Assembly: GCA_021787845.1 (NCBI GenBank)
Contig: JAJYLH010000002.1
Span: forward strand, 217,073-281,072
DNA: 64,000 bases
Origin: Myxococcales bacterium
GTDB lineage: Bacteria > Myxococcota > Myxococcia > Myxococcales > JAJYLH01
Reading direction: 5' to 3'
The position numbers were made by a program, and so were the translations under genes. Below, in pieces: positions 56,999-64,000 of this stretch (within the stretch, counting starts at the first letter, position 1; the number at the start of each line of letters is the position of its first letter). The notes beneath the pieces were generated by a model, which ran no database searches, had not been told where the DNA came from, and worked only from the letters and a program-made list of their open reading frames with translations.

Positions 56999-58264
56999 AT
57001 GACATTGCAGACGAAAGCGGACTGGACAGAAGCGCTCTCGCTGCGCGCACGGCTGGGCGGTGACCTGAAGGTAACGGAAGCGGTCCTGCACCTCATCTCG
57101 GCCGTCCGAACTCGCGGCGAGGCGGCCGTGAAGGACGCGGCCCGCCGGTTCGACGGCGTCGATTTCGCCCAGCGGCCGATGCGCGTATCTGCCGCCGAGT
57201 GGGAAACGCTCGCTACGGGTTGCCCGCGCGAGGTGGCGGACGCGCTGTCATTCGCGGCCGAGCGCATCGAACGCTTCCATCGCGCGCACGCGCCCGCGCC
57301 CACGCGCGTGGAAACCGACGGCGCGATTCTCGAACAGCGCATCGTGCCGCTCGACGCGGTGCTCTGCTACGCTCCTGGAGGGCGCGCGTCCTACCCGAGC
57401 ACCGTGCTGATGACCGCGATCCCCGCGCGGGTCGCGGGCGTGAAACGGGTGTGCGTGACCAGCCCGGCGAAAGGCGCAGGCGACGTCTCACCGGCCATCG
57501 CCTCCGCCGCGAAGATCGCTGGAGCCGACGAGCTGTGGCGCATCGGCGGAGCGCAAGCCGTCGCCGCCTTCGCCCTGGGCACGGATACGATCGCCCGCGT
57601 CGACAAGGTCGTCGGTCCCGGAAATTCGTACGTCACGGAAGCGAAGCGGCAGCTCTCCAGCGAGGTCGGCATCGACAGTCTCGCGGGACCGACCGAGGTG
57701 CTGATCGTCGCGGAGGACGGCGTCGCCGATCCGCGGTGGATCGCAGCCGACCTCGTGGCCCAAGCCGAGCACGATCCGGAGGCGAGAGCGGTGCTGGTAA
57801 CCACGAGCGGCTCGTTGGCAGAGGCGGTCGAGCGAGTCTTGGCCGCGGAGCCGCTGGGCGCGGTTGCCCGGGCGTCCCTCGACACGCATGGCTGCGCCAT
57901 CGTAACCACAACGCTGGACGAGGCCCTCGCCTTCGCCAACGACTACGCGCCGGAGCACCTGGAACTGGTCGTGCGCGATCCGCGCGCCTGTCTCGACCGG
58001 GTTAGCACAGCGGGAGCGGTCTTCCTTGGCGCCTACGCTCCCGTGCCCATCGGCGACTACCTGGCGGGCCCGAACCACACCCTGCCCACCGCCGGCACCG
58101 CCCGCTTCTCCTCCGGCCTGAGCACCGCCGACTTCGTGCGCCGCCAGTCGGTGATTTCCTACGAGCCCGAACGACTGCGCCTGGACGCCCCCGCGTTGCG
58201 GCTCATCGCCGAGGCCGAAGGCTTGCCCGCCCACGCCCGCGCGGTCGAGGTGCGCTTCCCATGA
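56999..58264 (+). CDS. hisD: Histidinol dehydrogenase
   Basis: GGAQAVAAFALGTDTI...GPGNSYVTEAKRQL...EHL are HisD motifs. The start is an ATG at 56999, or a GTG at 56986. Confidence 0.9.
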   Translation: MTLQTKADWTEALSLRARLGGDLKVTEAVLHLISAVRTRGEAAVKDAARRFDGVDFAQRPMRVSAAEWETLATGCPREVADALSFAAERIERFHRAHAPAPTRVETDGAILEQRIVPLDAVLCYAPGGRASYPSTVLMTAIPARVAGVKRVCVTSPAKGAGDVSPAIASAAKIAGADELWRIGGAQAVAAFALGTDTIARVDKVVGPGNSYVTEAKRQLSSEVGIDSLAGPTEVLIVAEDGVADPRWIAADLVAQAEHDPEARAVLVTTSGSLAEAVERVLAAEPLGAVARASLDTHGCAIVTTTLDEALAFANDYAPEHLELVVRDPRACLDRVSTAGAVFLGAYAPVPIGDYLAGPNHTLPTAGTARFSSGLSTADFVRRQSVISYEPERLRLDAPALRLIAEAEGLPAHARAVEVRFP

Positions 58265-59331
58265 GCCTCTTTCGGTCGAGCCTCGCCAGCCTGCGTGCCT
58301 ACGTGCCCACCCCGCCGCAAAAAGGCCACCGGCTGCACCTGAACGAGGCGCCCGAGGACTTGCCGGCCGACTTCAAGGCGCAGATCGCCAGCGGTCTCGC
58401 CGCCCTGGATTGGTCCCACTACCCAGAAGCGACCGACGCGCTCGTCTCGGAACTGGCTGAGCACGATCGCTGGCGGCCCGAGGGCGTCCTGGTCGGGAAC
58501 GGCTCGAACGAGTTTCTCCAGGCCCTCGTCTTCGCGACCATCGACCCGGGCGACACGGTGGTCCTCGCGGCGCCGAGCTTTTCGCTCTACGGGACGCAAG
58601 CGCGGGCAGCGGGCGCGCGGCTGGTCGAAGTTCCGATGCGGGCGCACGCGGGCGAGCCGTTCCAGTTCGACGTCGACCGGCTGGTTGCCGCGGCGAACGA
58701 GTCCCGCGCCAAGCTGATTCTCGTCGCCACCCCGAACAACCCAACGGGAACGCTGCTGCCGAGCGACGCCGTTGCCGCCCTCCATGACCGCACCAGCGCC
58801 CTCGTGGCTATCGACGAGGCCTATCGGCACTTCGCCCGCCAGGACCTGGTGCCGGTGCTCCGCGATCGACCGCGGCTGGCACTCCTTCGGACGTTCTCGA
58901 AGTCCTACGCCGCTGCCGGCCTGCGGCTGGGCTATCTCCTGGCGGCACCGGAGCTGTGTACCGAACTGCACAAGCTGATGATGCCCTACAACTTGGGCGC
59001 CCTCTCGACCGAGGTCGCGCGCGAGCTGCTCCGGCGCGACGACCTGGTCGAGACCCGCGTCCAATCGATCATCGCCGAACGCACGCGGACCGAGCAGAGG
59101 CTGGCGAAGCTCCCATCGCTACGCGTGGAAGCAAACGGGGGCGCAAACTTCGTCGTCGTCGAGCACGAATCGTTTGCGGCCAAAGACCTCGCGCAAGCGC
59201 TCGCCGACCGCGGCGTCCTGGTGCGCGACCTCTCCGGCTACGCCGGCTGCGGACGGTGCCTGCGGATTTCGGTCGGCCTTCCGGCAGCGAACGACGCGAT
59301 GCTCGCCGCGATGACGGAGCTCGCGCGATGA
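58261..59331 (+). CDS. hisC: Histidinol-phosphate aminotransferase
   Basis: LHLNEAP...TPNNPTG...RTFSKSYAAAGLRLGY contains the PLP-Lys motif. 356 aa. Confidence 0.9.
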   Translation: MSLFRSSLASLRAYVPTPPQKGHRLHLNEAPEDLPADFKAQIASGLAALDWSHYPEATDALVSELAEHDRWRPEGVLVGNGSNEFLQALVFATIDPGDTVVLAAPSFSLYGTQARAAGARLVEVPMRAHAGEPFQFDVDRLVAAANESRAKLILVATPNNPTGTLLPSDAVAALHDRTSALVAIDEAYRHFARQDLVPVLRDRPRLALLRTFSKSYAAAGLRLGYLLAAPELCTELHKLMMPYNLGALSTEVARELLRRDDLVETRVQSIIAERTRTEQRLAKLPSLRVEANGGANFVVVEHESFAAKDLAQALADRGVLVRDLSGYAGCGRCLRISVGLPAANDAMLAAMTELAR

Positions 59332-60254
59332 TCTCCTTCACTCGCGAGAGCGTCCTCGTGGCGGCAGCGCGGGCGCACCTGCTCGTCCTCGACATCGACG
59401 GCGTGCTCCTCGACGCGCGACCTTCCTTCTATCGTGCCGCACGGGAGACGGCGCTCTGGGCGGCGGCACGCGCGCTCGGAAAGGAGGCAGGAGCGCTCCC
59501 GGCCCAAGACGATGTGCGGGCGTTCAAGGACGTCGGCGGCTGGAACGACGACTTCGACTTGGCCGCAGGTCTCGCATGGGCGGTCGTGCTGCGCGAGACC
59601 CGGCACATGCCGATTGCGTCGACGGCGCGACGCAGTGCGGGAGGGCTGCCGACCCTCTTCGAGGCCGTGCACGCGCTCGTGCCGCCGGCGACGATCGCCG
59701 CGATGCGCTCTCCCGAGGTGCGCCAGCGTTCGGCGGCGCGCTACGCCGGCCGCGCTCATTGTGCCGAGCTGTACGGCATCGACCCGGAACGTTTTCCCGA
59801 CTTGCCGGAGGAGGGTCTCTTCGCCGATGAGCGGCAACTCGCCAGCGCTTCCCTCCTGCGCTCCTGCGCGCTCGACCTCGCGCTCTTCACCGGCCGCAAC
59901 CGGGCGGAGACGCGCTTGGCCCTGGAGCGGTACGGCTTAGCGGTACCGGAAGAGCGGTGCGTGGTCGACGACGGCGTTCTCCCGCGTAAACCGGCGCCCG
60001 ACGGGCTGCTTCATCTCGCCCGCTACGCCTCCAGCGGGCCGCTTATCTACGTCGGCGACGCGGTCGACGACCAGAACTCGGTCCTCGCCTACCGCGCGCT
60101 CGCCGCCGAGCGACCGCTGCCGGAAATCATCTTCGTGCGGGTGACGGACGGCGCCGCCCCGAGCAACGAGTGGATGGCGGACCACGGCGTCGATGTCACG
60201 GTCGACGGGCTCGACGCGTGGCTCGAGGCTCTGCCGCGCGGGGAGAACACATGA
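59328..60254 (+). CDS. HAD-superfamily hydrolase, probable histidinol-phosphatase embedded in the his operon
   Basis: LVLDIDGVLLD is HAD motif I (DxDG). GDAVDD is motif IV. Position between hisC and hisB, with ATGA overlap with the hisC stop. Confidence 0.6.
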   Translation: MISFTRESVLVAAARAHLLVLDIDGVLLDARPSFYRAARETALWAAARALGKEAGALPAQDDVRAFKDVGGWNDDFDLAAGLAWAVVLRETRHMPIASTARRSAGGLPTLFEAVHALVPPATIAAMRSPEVRQRSAARYAGRAHCAELYGIDPERFPDLPEEGLFADERQLASASLLRSCALDLALFTGRNRAETRLALERYGLAVPEERCVVDDGVLPRKPAPDGLLHLARYASSGPLIYVGDAVDDQNSVLAYRALAAERPLPEIIFVRVTDGAAPSNEWMADHGVDVTVDGLDAWLEALPRGENT

Positions 60255-60844
60255 GCGATTCGCGAACTGCCACCCTTTCGCGTCAGACGAAGGAAACCAA
60301 GATCTCGCTAGCGCTCTCGCTGGACGGCACCGGTGACGCCTCCATCCGGACCGGCGTCGGCTTCTTCGACCACATGCTGGCCTCGTTCGCCAAGCACGGC
60401 GCCTTCGACCTCACCCTGAGCTGCCAGGGCGACCTGCACATCGACCAGCACCACACGGTCGAGGACTCGGGCATCGTGCTTGGGCAGGCGTTCCATCAGG
60501 CCCTGGGCGATCGCGCCGGCCTTTCGCGCGCCGGGCACGCGTACTTTCCGCTGGACGAGGCGCTCGCGCGCGCGGTGGTCGACCTGAGCGGCCGCCCGTA
60601 CCTCGTCTGGAACGTCGACCTCGATGCCGCGGCGAACGCGCCGATGGATTTGACGGTGCTGGAGGGCTTCTGGAAGGCGGTAGCGGACGGCGCGCGCTGC
60701 GCGCTCCACATCGACCTCTTGCGCGGGCGCGACTTCCACCACTCGGTCGAGGCGATTTTCAAGGCTTGCGCGCGCGCGTTCCGCGACGCGGTCGCGCGCG
60801 ACCCCCGGGTCGTCGGTGTGCCCTCCACCAAGGGCGTCCTGTGA
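60251..60844 (+). CDS. hisB: Imidazoleglycerol-phosphate dehydratase
   Basis: RQTKETKISL...GVGFFDHML...DLHIDQHHTVEDSGIVLG. 197 aa. Confidence 0.9.
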   Translation: MSDSRTATLSRQTKETKISLALSLDGTGDASIRTGVGFFDHMLASFAKHGAFDLTLSCQGDLHIDQHHTVEDSGIVLGQAFHQALGDRAGLSRAGHAYFPLDEALARAVVDLSGRPYLVWNVDLDAAANAPMDLTVLEGFWKAVADGARCALHIDLLRGRDFHHSVEAIFKACARAFRDAVARDPRVVGVPSTKGVL

Positions 60845-61464
60845 CAGAAGCGGTGCCGGTCGGCGTCATCGACCTCGGGACCGGAAACCTCTTTTCCGTC
60901 CTCCGCGGCTTGGAGCGCGCGGGCGCGAAGCCGACTTTGGTGTCGACGCCGCGCGAAATCGCGGCGATGCCGAGAATCGTCCTGCCTGGCGTCGGGTCGT
61001 TCGCCGACGCGGCTCGGCGTGCGCACGCGATCGGGCTGGCCGCGCTGTTGGAGGACGCGCTGGCGGCGAATCATGCCGTTCTCGGAATATGTTTGGGCAT
61101 GCAGCTTCTGTTCGACGAAGGCGAAGAGGACGGACCCTCGCCAGGTCTGACGCTGCTGCCCGGTCGGGTGGTGCGGCTGCGCGGTGGAGACGGCGTGCCG
61201 GTGCCTCACGCCGGCTGGCAGCGGCTCGACGTGCCCGCGGAGCATCCTCTCTTGGCCGACGACGAGACGCCCTGGTTCTACTTCAGCCACTCCTATCGGG
61301 CAGAAGCGGATCCGTCCTGCGTCGTCGCCACGGCTTTTCACGGGGAGTTGATTCCGGCCATCGTCGCCCGCGGGCGCTTGTACGGCATCCAGCCGCATCC
61401 GGAAAAGTCGGGGCCCGCTGGCCATGCGTTCCTTCGACGCTTTCTCACCTTGGAGCTGGGCTGA
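60841..61464 (+). CDS. hisH: Imidazole glycerol phosphate synthase glutaminase subunit
   Basis: GTG start overlaps the hisB stop as GTGA. VIDLGTGNLFSV...GICLGMQLL contains the catalytic Cys. HPEKS. Confidence 0.9.
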   Translation: MTEAVPVGVIDLGTGNLFSVLRGLERAGAKPTLVSTPREIAAMPRIVLPGVGSFADAARRAHAIGLAALLEDALAANHAVLGICLGMQLLFDEGEEDGPSPGLTLLPGRVVRLRGGDGVPVPHAGWQRLDVPAEHPLLADDETPWFYFSHSYRAEADPSCVVATAFHGELIPAIVARGRLYGIQPHPEKSGPAGHAFLRRFLTLELG

Positions 61465-61468
61465 AGCG

Positions 61469-62227
61469 ATGCCGATCACCTTCATACCGGCCATCGATCT
61501 GCTCGCCGGCCGGGTTGTGCGATTGCACCGCGGCCAGCGGGAGACGGCGACCGTCTACGCGGACGACCCCGCCGAGACCGCTGCCGCTTGGCGTGACGAC
61601 GGCGCGCGCTGGTTGCACGTCGTCGATCTCGATGCGGCATTCGACGGACCCGGGGCGCGGCAGCTCTCGGCTCTGCACCGAATCGTGGAAACGGCTGGGA
61701 ACGTCCCGGTGGAGCTGGGCGGCGGGCTGCGAGACTTCGCCGCCATCGAGGAGGCGGTCGGTCTCGGCGTCGCACGCGTGGTGCTCGGCACCGCCGCCGT
61801 CGAGGACGCCGACCTGGTGTCGCGCGCACTGGCACGGTTCGGGGTCCAGCGCATCGCCGTGGCGATCGACGAGAAGGACGGCGTCGTCAAGGCGCGCGGC
61901 TGGACGGCCGGCACCGGCCTCGACGCGACAGAGTTCGCCACCCGCCTCGCCCGGCTGGGCGTGAAGTGGTTCTTGCACAGCGCAATCGCCCGCGACGGCA
62001 CGCTCGAAGGACCTGACCTTCCGGCGCTCAGACGTATCTCAGAAGCGCTCCTGTCCTTCGGTGCCCAGGTCCTGTGCGCCGGCGGCATCGGCTCGCTCGC
62101 CGATCTCGGCGCCCTGCGCGGCGCGGCGATTCCCAACGTCGTCGGGGCCATCTCCGGGCGCGCGCTCTACGCGCACAAGTTCACCGTCGGCGAAGCGACG
62201 CGGACGCTGGAAGGCACGCTGTCGTGA
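61469..62227 (+). CDS. hisA: 1-(5-phosphoribosyl)-5-[(5-phosphoribosylamino)methylideneamino]imidazole-4-carboxamide isomerase
   Basis: [19 protein letters not shown]...VVDLDAA...GGGLRD. Confidence 0.9.
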   Translation: MPITFIPAIDLLAGRVVRLHRGQRETATVYADDPAETAAAWRDDGARWLHVVDLDAAFDGPGARQLSALHRIVETAGNVPVELGGGLRDFAAIEEAVGLGVARVVLGTAAVEDADLVSRALARFGVQRIAVAIDEKDGVVKARGWTAGTGLDATEFATRLARLGVKWFLHSAIARDGTLEGPDLPALRRISEALLSFGAQVLCAGGIGSLADLGALRGAAIPNVVGAISGRALYAHKFTVGEATRTLEGTLS

Positions 62228-63015
62228 CCGCCGGAACGCGTCTGACCCGGCGCATCATTCCCTGCCTCGACGTGAAAGACGGGCGGGTCGTCAAGGGCGT
62301 GCGCTTCGAGTCCTTGCGCGACGCGGGCGACCCAGTCGAGCAGGCGAAGGCGTACGAGGCGGCGGGCGCGGATGAGCTCGCATTCCTCGACATTTCCGCG
62401 ACCGTCGAGGCCCGCGGAACCCTTGCTGCTCTGGTGGAGCGCATCGCCACAGAGGTAGCGCTTCCGTTTCTCGTCGGCGGTGGCGTGCGGCAGTCGGAGG
62501 ACGCGCGGACGCTCTTGCTCGCTGGTGCCGACAAGGTGGCGGTGAACTCGGCGGCGCTCGCGGACCCGACGGTCGTTTCCCGGGCCGCGACCTATTGCGG
62601 CGCCCAGAGCGTGGTCATCGCCATCGACGCGAAGCGCGAAGGCGACTCGTGGACCGTTTGGTCGCACGGCGCGCGCCAGCCGACCGGGCGCGACGCCATC
62701 GCCTGGGCGCGCGAAGCGGTCGGTCGAGGTGCGGGAGAGGTGCTGCTGACCTCCATCGATCGCGACGGCACGAAGAGCGGCTACGACCTGGAGTTGACGC
62801 GGCGGATCGCCGACGCCGTTGCAGTGCCGGTCATTGCCAGCGGCGGTGCTGGAGCGCTCTCCCATTTCTCGGATGCATTCCTAGTTGGGCACGCATCGGC
62901 GGCTTTGGCGGCGAGCCTGTTCCATTTCGGAGAGCTGTCGATCGGCGAGGTGAAGGCCCACTGCTCGGCGGCAGGGGTGCCGATGCGCTGGCCGATGAAG
63001 ACGGGGTCGAGATGA
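62224..63015 (+). CDS. hisF: Imidazole glycerol phosphate synthase cyclase subunit
   Basis: GTG start overlaps the hisA stop. [20 protein letters not shown]...FLDISA...[13 protein letters not shown]. Confidence 0.9.
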   Translation: MTAGTRLTRRIIPCLDVKDGRVVKGVRFESLRDAGDPVEQAKAYEAAGADELAFLDISATVEARGTLAALVERIATEVALPFLVGGGVRQSEDARTLLLAGADKVAVNSAALADPTVVSRAATYCGAQSVVIAIDAKREGDSWTVWSHGARQPTGRDAIAWAREAVGRGAGEVLLTSIDRDGTKSGYDLELTRRIADAVAVPVIASGGAGALSHFSDAFLVGHASAALAASLFHFGELSIGEVKAHCSAAGVPMRWPMKTGSR

Positions 63016-63665
63016 GCGACGATAAGACCAAGGCGAACGCGTCGCCGGACTTCACCAAGGATCCCCGCGGTCTGGTGCCAGCCATCGTGCAGGACGCGCG
63101 GACGGGGGAAGTGTTGATGCTCGCCTGGCAGAACGCCGAGGCGCTCGATGCGACGCGCGAGAGCGGCGAGGCGACGTTTTTCTCGCGGTCGCGCCAAGCG
63201 CTCTGGCACAAGGGCGCGACGAGCGGTCACGTGCAACGGATCAAAGCAGCGGCGCTGGACTGCGACAGCGATGCCGTGCTGTTCCAGGTCGAGCCGGCGG
63301 GTCCAGCGTGCCATACCGGCGCACGCAGTTGCTTTCACGAGGAGCTGGAAGGCTTCGGCCCAACGCATGCAGCGCTGCACGGCTTGGTCGAGGTGGAGCG
63401 CACGATTGCCGAGCGGCGCGCGAGCGCACCAGAAGGTTCCTACGTCGCCAAGCTCTTTGGCGATGAATCCAAACGGCACAAGAAGGTCGGCGAGGAGGCG
63501 ACGGAGCTGGTGGTCGCGAGCCTGCACGGGCACCGCGAAGAAATCATCGGTGAGGCAGCAGATCTCTTCTTCCACGCACTGGTGCTCTTGCGCGCCCACG
63601 ATTTGGGGCTGGCCGAGGTCTCCGCCGAGCTCGAACGCCGCATCGGGGCGCCGCGACGAGAGTAG
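63012..63665 (+). CDS. hisI: Bifunctional phosphoribosyl-AMP cyclohydrolase / phosphoribosyl-ATP pyrophosphatase
   Basis: The ATG overlaps the hisF stop. [26 protein letters not shown] is His[34 protein letters not shown] is HisE. Confidence 0.9.
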   Translation: MSDDKTKANASPDFTKDPRGLVPAIVQDARTGEVLMLAWQNAEALDATRESGEATFFSRSRQALWHKGATSGHVQRIKAAALDCDSDAVLFQVEPAGPACHTGARSCFHEELEGFGPTHAALHGLVEVERTIAERRASAPEGSYVAKLFGDESKRHKKVGEEATELVVASLHGHREEIIGEAADLFFHALVLLRAHDLGLAEVSAELERRIGAPRRE

Positions 63666-64000
63666 AGAGGCGAGCAGATGGAACGGACGACGACCGCCAG
63701 CCACGGATGGCGGACGGTAGCCGTGCCGAGAGACATAAGCGGAAGAGCTATTCGCGGGCGGTTCCGGAGGCGACCGGCAAGGTGACGTTCGCGCAACGCT
63801 GTACGGCACCCCAGCCGCTCAGCACGATCGCTCGAAAACGGCTGACCGGTTAGCAGTTCTGGCGGCCTTCGAGGGGCGTGCGTCAGAAAAATGAGGAGCC
63901 GCCCGGTCATCCGGCCGCCCGGCGTTCCCAGAAGCCCTCGAAGCGGCCGCTGAGGATGCAGCAGCGCAGGGCGATGATCGCGTCGGCGCCGGCGACGGTC

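Noticed and set aside
63700-64000. Possible minus-strand gene entering from the window end
   Set aside because: Too short and truncated to assess. No motif recognised.

Overview
This 64-kb window is a high-GC (about 70%+) chromosome segment, most likely myxobacterial (Myxococcota). The assignment rests on near-identity of three proteins to Myxococcus xanthus MglA, MglB and the family-1 encapsulin EncA. Coding density is high on both strands, and real genes show a strong G/C bias at codon position 3. The many long antisense ORFs in the six-frame track are GC artefacts and were rejected.

Gene content, in order:
- On the minus strand, an operon-like array runs from mglB to mglA, then a Pro/Ala-rich secreted protein and three large secreted or lipoprotein TPR proteins (one with a C-terminal IPT domain), then a small secreted protein and an FHA + TonB-C protein. 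This order mirrors the M. xanthus gliding-motility G1 core (gltD/agmU, gltE/aglT, gltF, gltG/pglI) fused to the MglAB polarity switch.
- Polysaccharide and sugar-nucleotide genes: an NAD-dependent epimerase, Ugd, and a DUF72 protein translationally coupled to a roughly 1055-aa membrane protein of unknown function.
- A GAF-PAS-PAS sensor that ends after its HisKA domain.
- A family-4 (UdgX-like) uracil-DNA glycosylase that needs three reading frames, so it is a pseudogene or a sequencing error.
- An acetylglutamate-kinase-fold + GNAT protein and a HExxH-motif protein. Convergent with them is an isolated lysine 5,6-aminomutase pair (kamDE) with no kamA.
- Several surface, IPT/Kelch and Cys-rich lipoproteins, a class I aldolase, a GH31 lipoprotein and an FAD oxidoreductase.
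- An ECF sigma, zinc-finger anti-sigma and DoxX operon that is divergent from encA.
- encA followed directly by a radical SAM/SPASM gene rather than a ferritin-like cargo, then psuG.
- An EF-G paralog whose switch-II catalytic His is replaced by Ser.
- A Memo-like (AmmeMemoRadiSam B-type) protein with an N-terminal extension.
- An RseP-type site-2 protease, an aspartate aminotransferase and a complete his operon (hisZ, G, D, C, HAD-type phosphatase, B, H, A, F, IE) with tightly overlapping stops and starts.

Non-coding structure:
- A dispersed palindromic GACCGATCGGTC-type repeat occurs at four or five intergenic sites.
- A roughly 120-nt terminator-plus-promoter-like module carries a TACTGCATG/CATGCAGTA inverted repeat and a TATAGT box. 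It occurs twice, upstream of psuG and upstream of the RseP-like gene.
- Two hairpins with identical stems lie in the hisG-hisD spacer.

No rRNA, tRNA, CRISPR array or recognisable transposase or integrase was seen.
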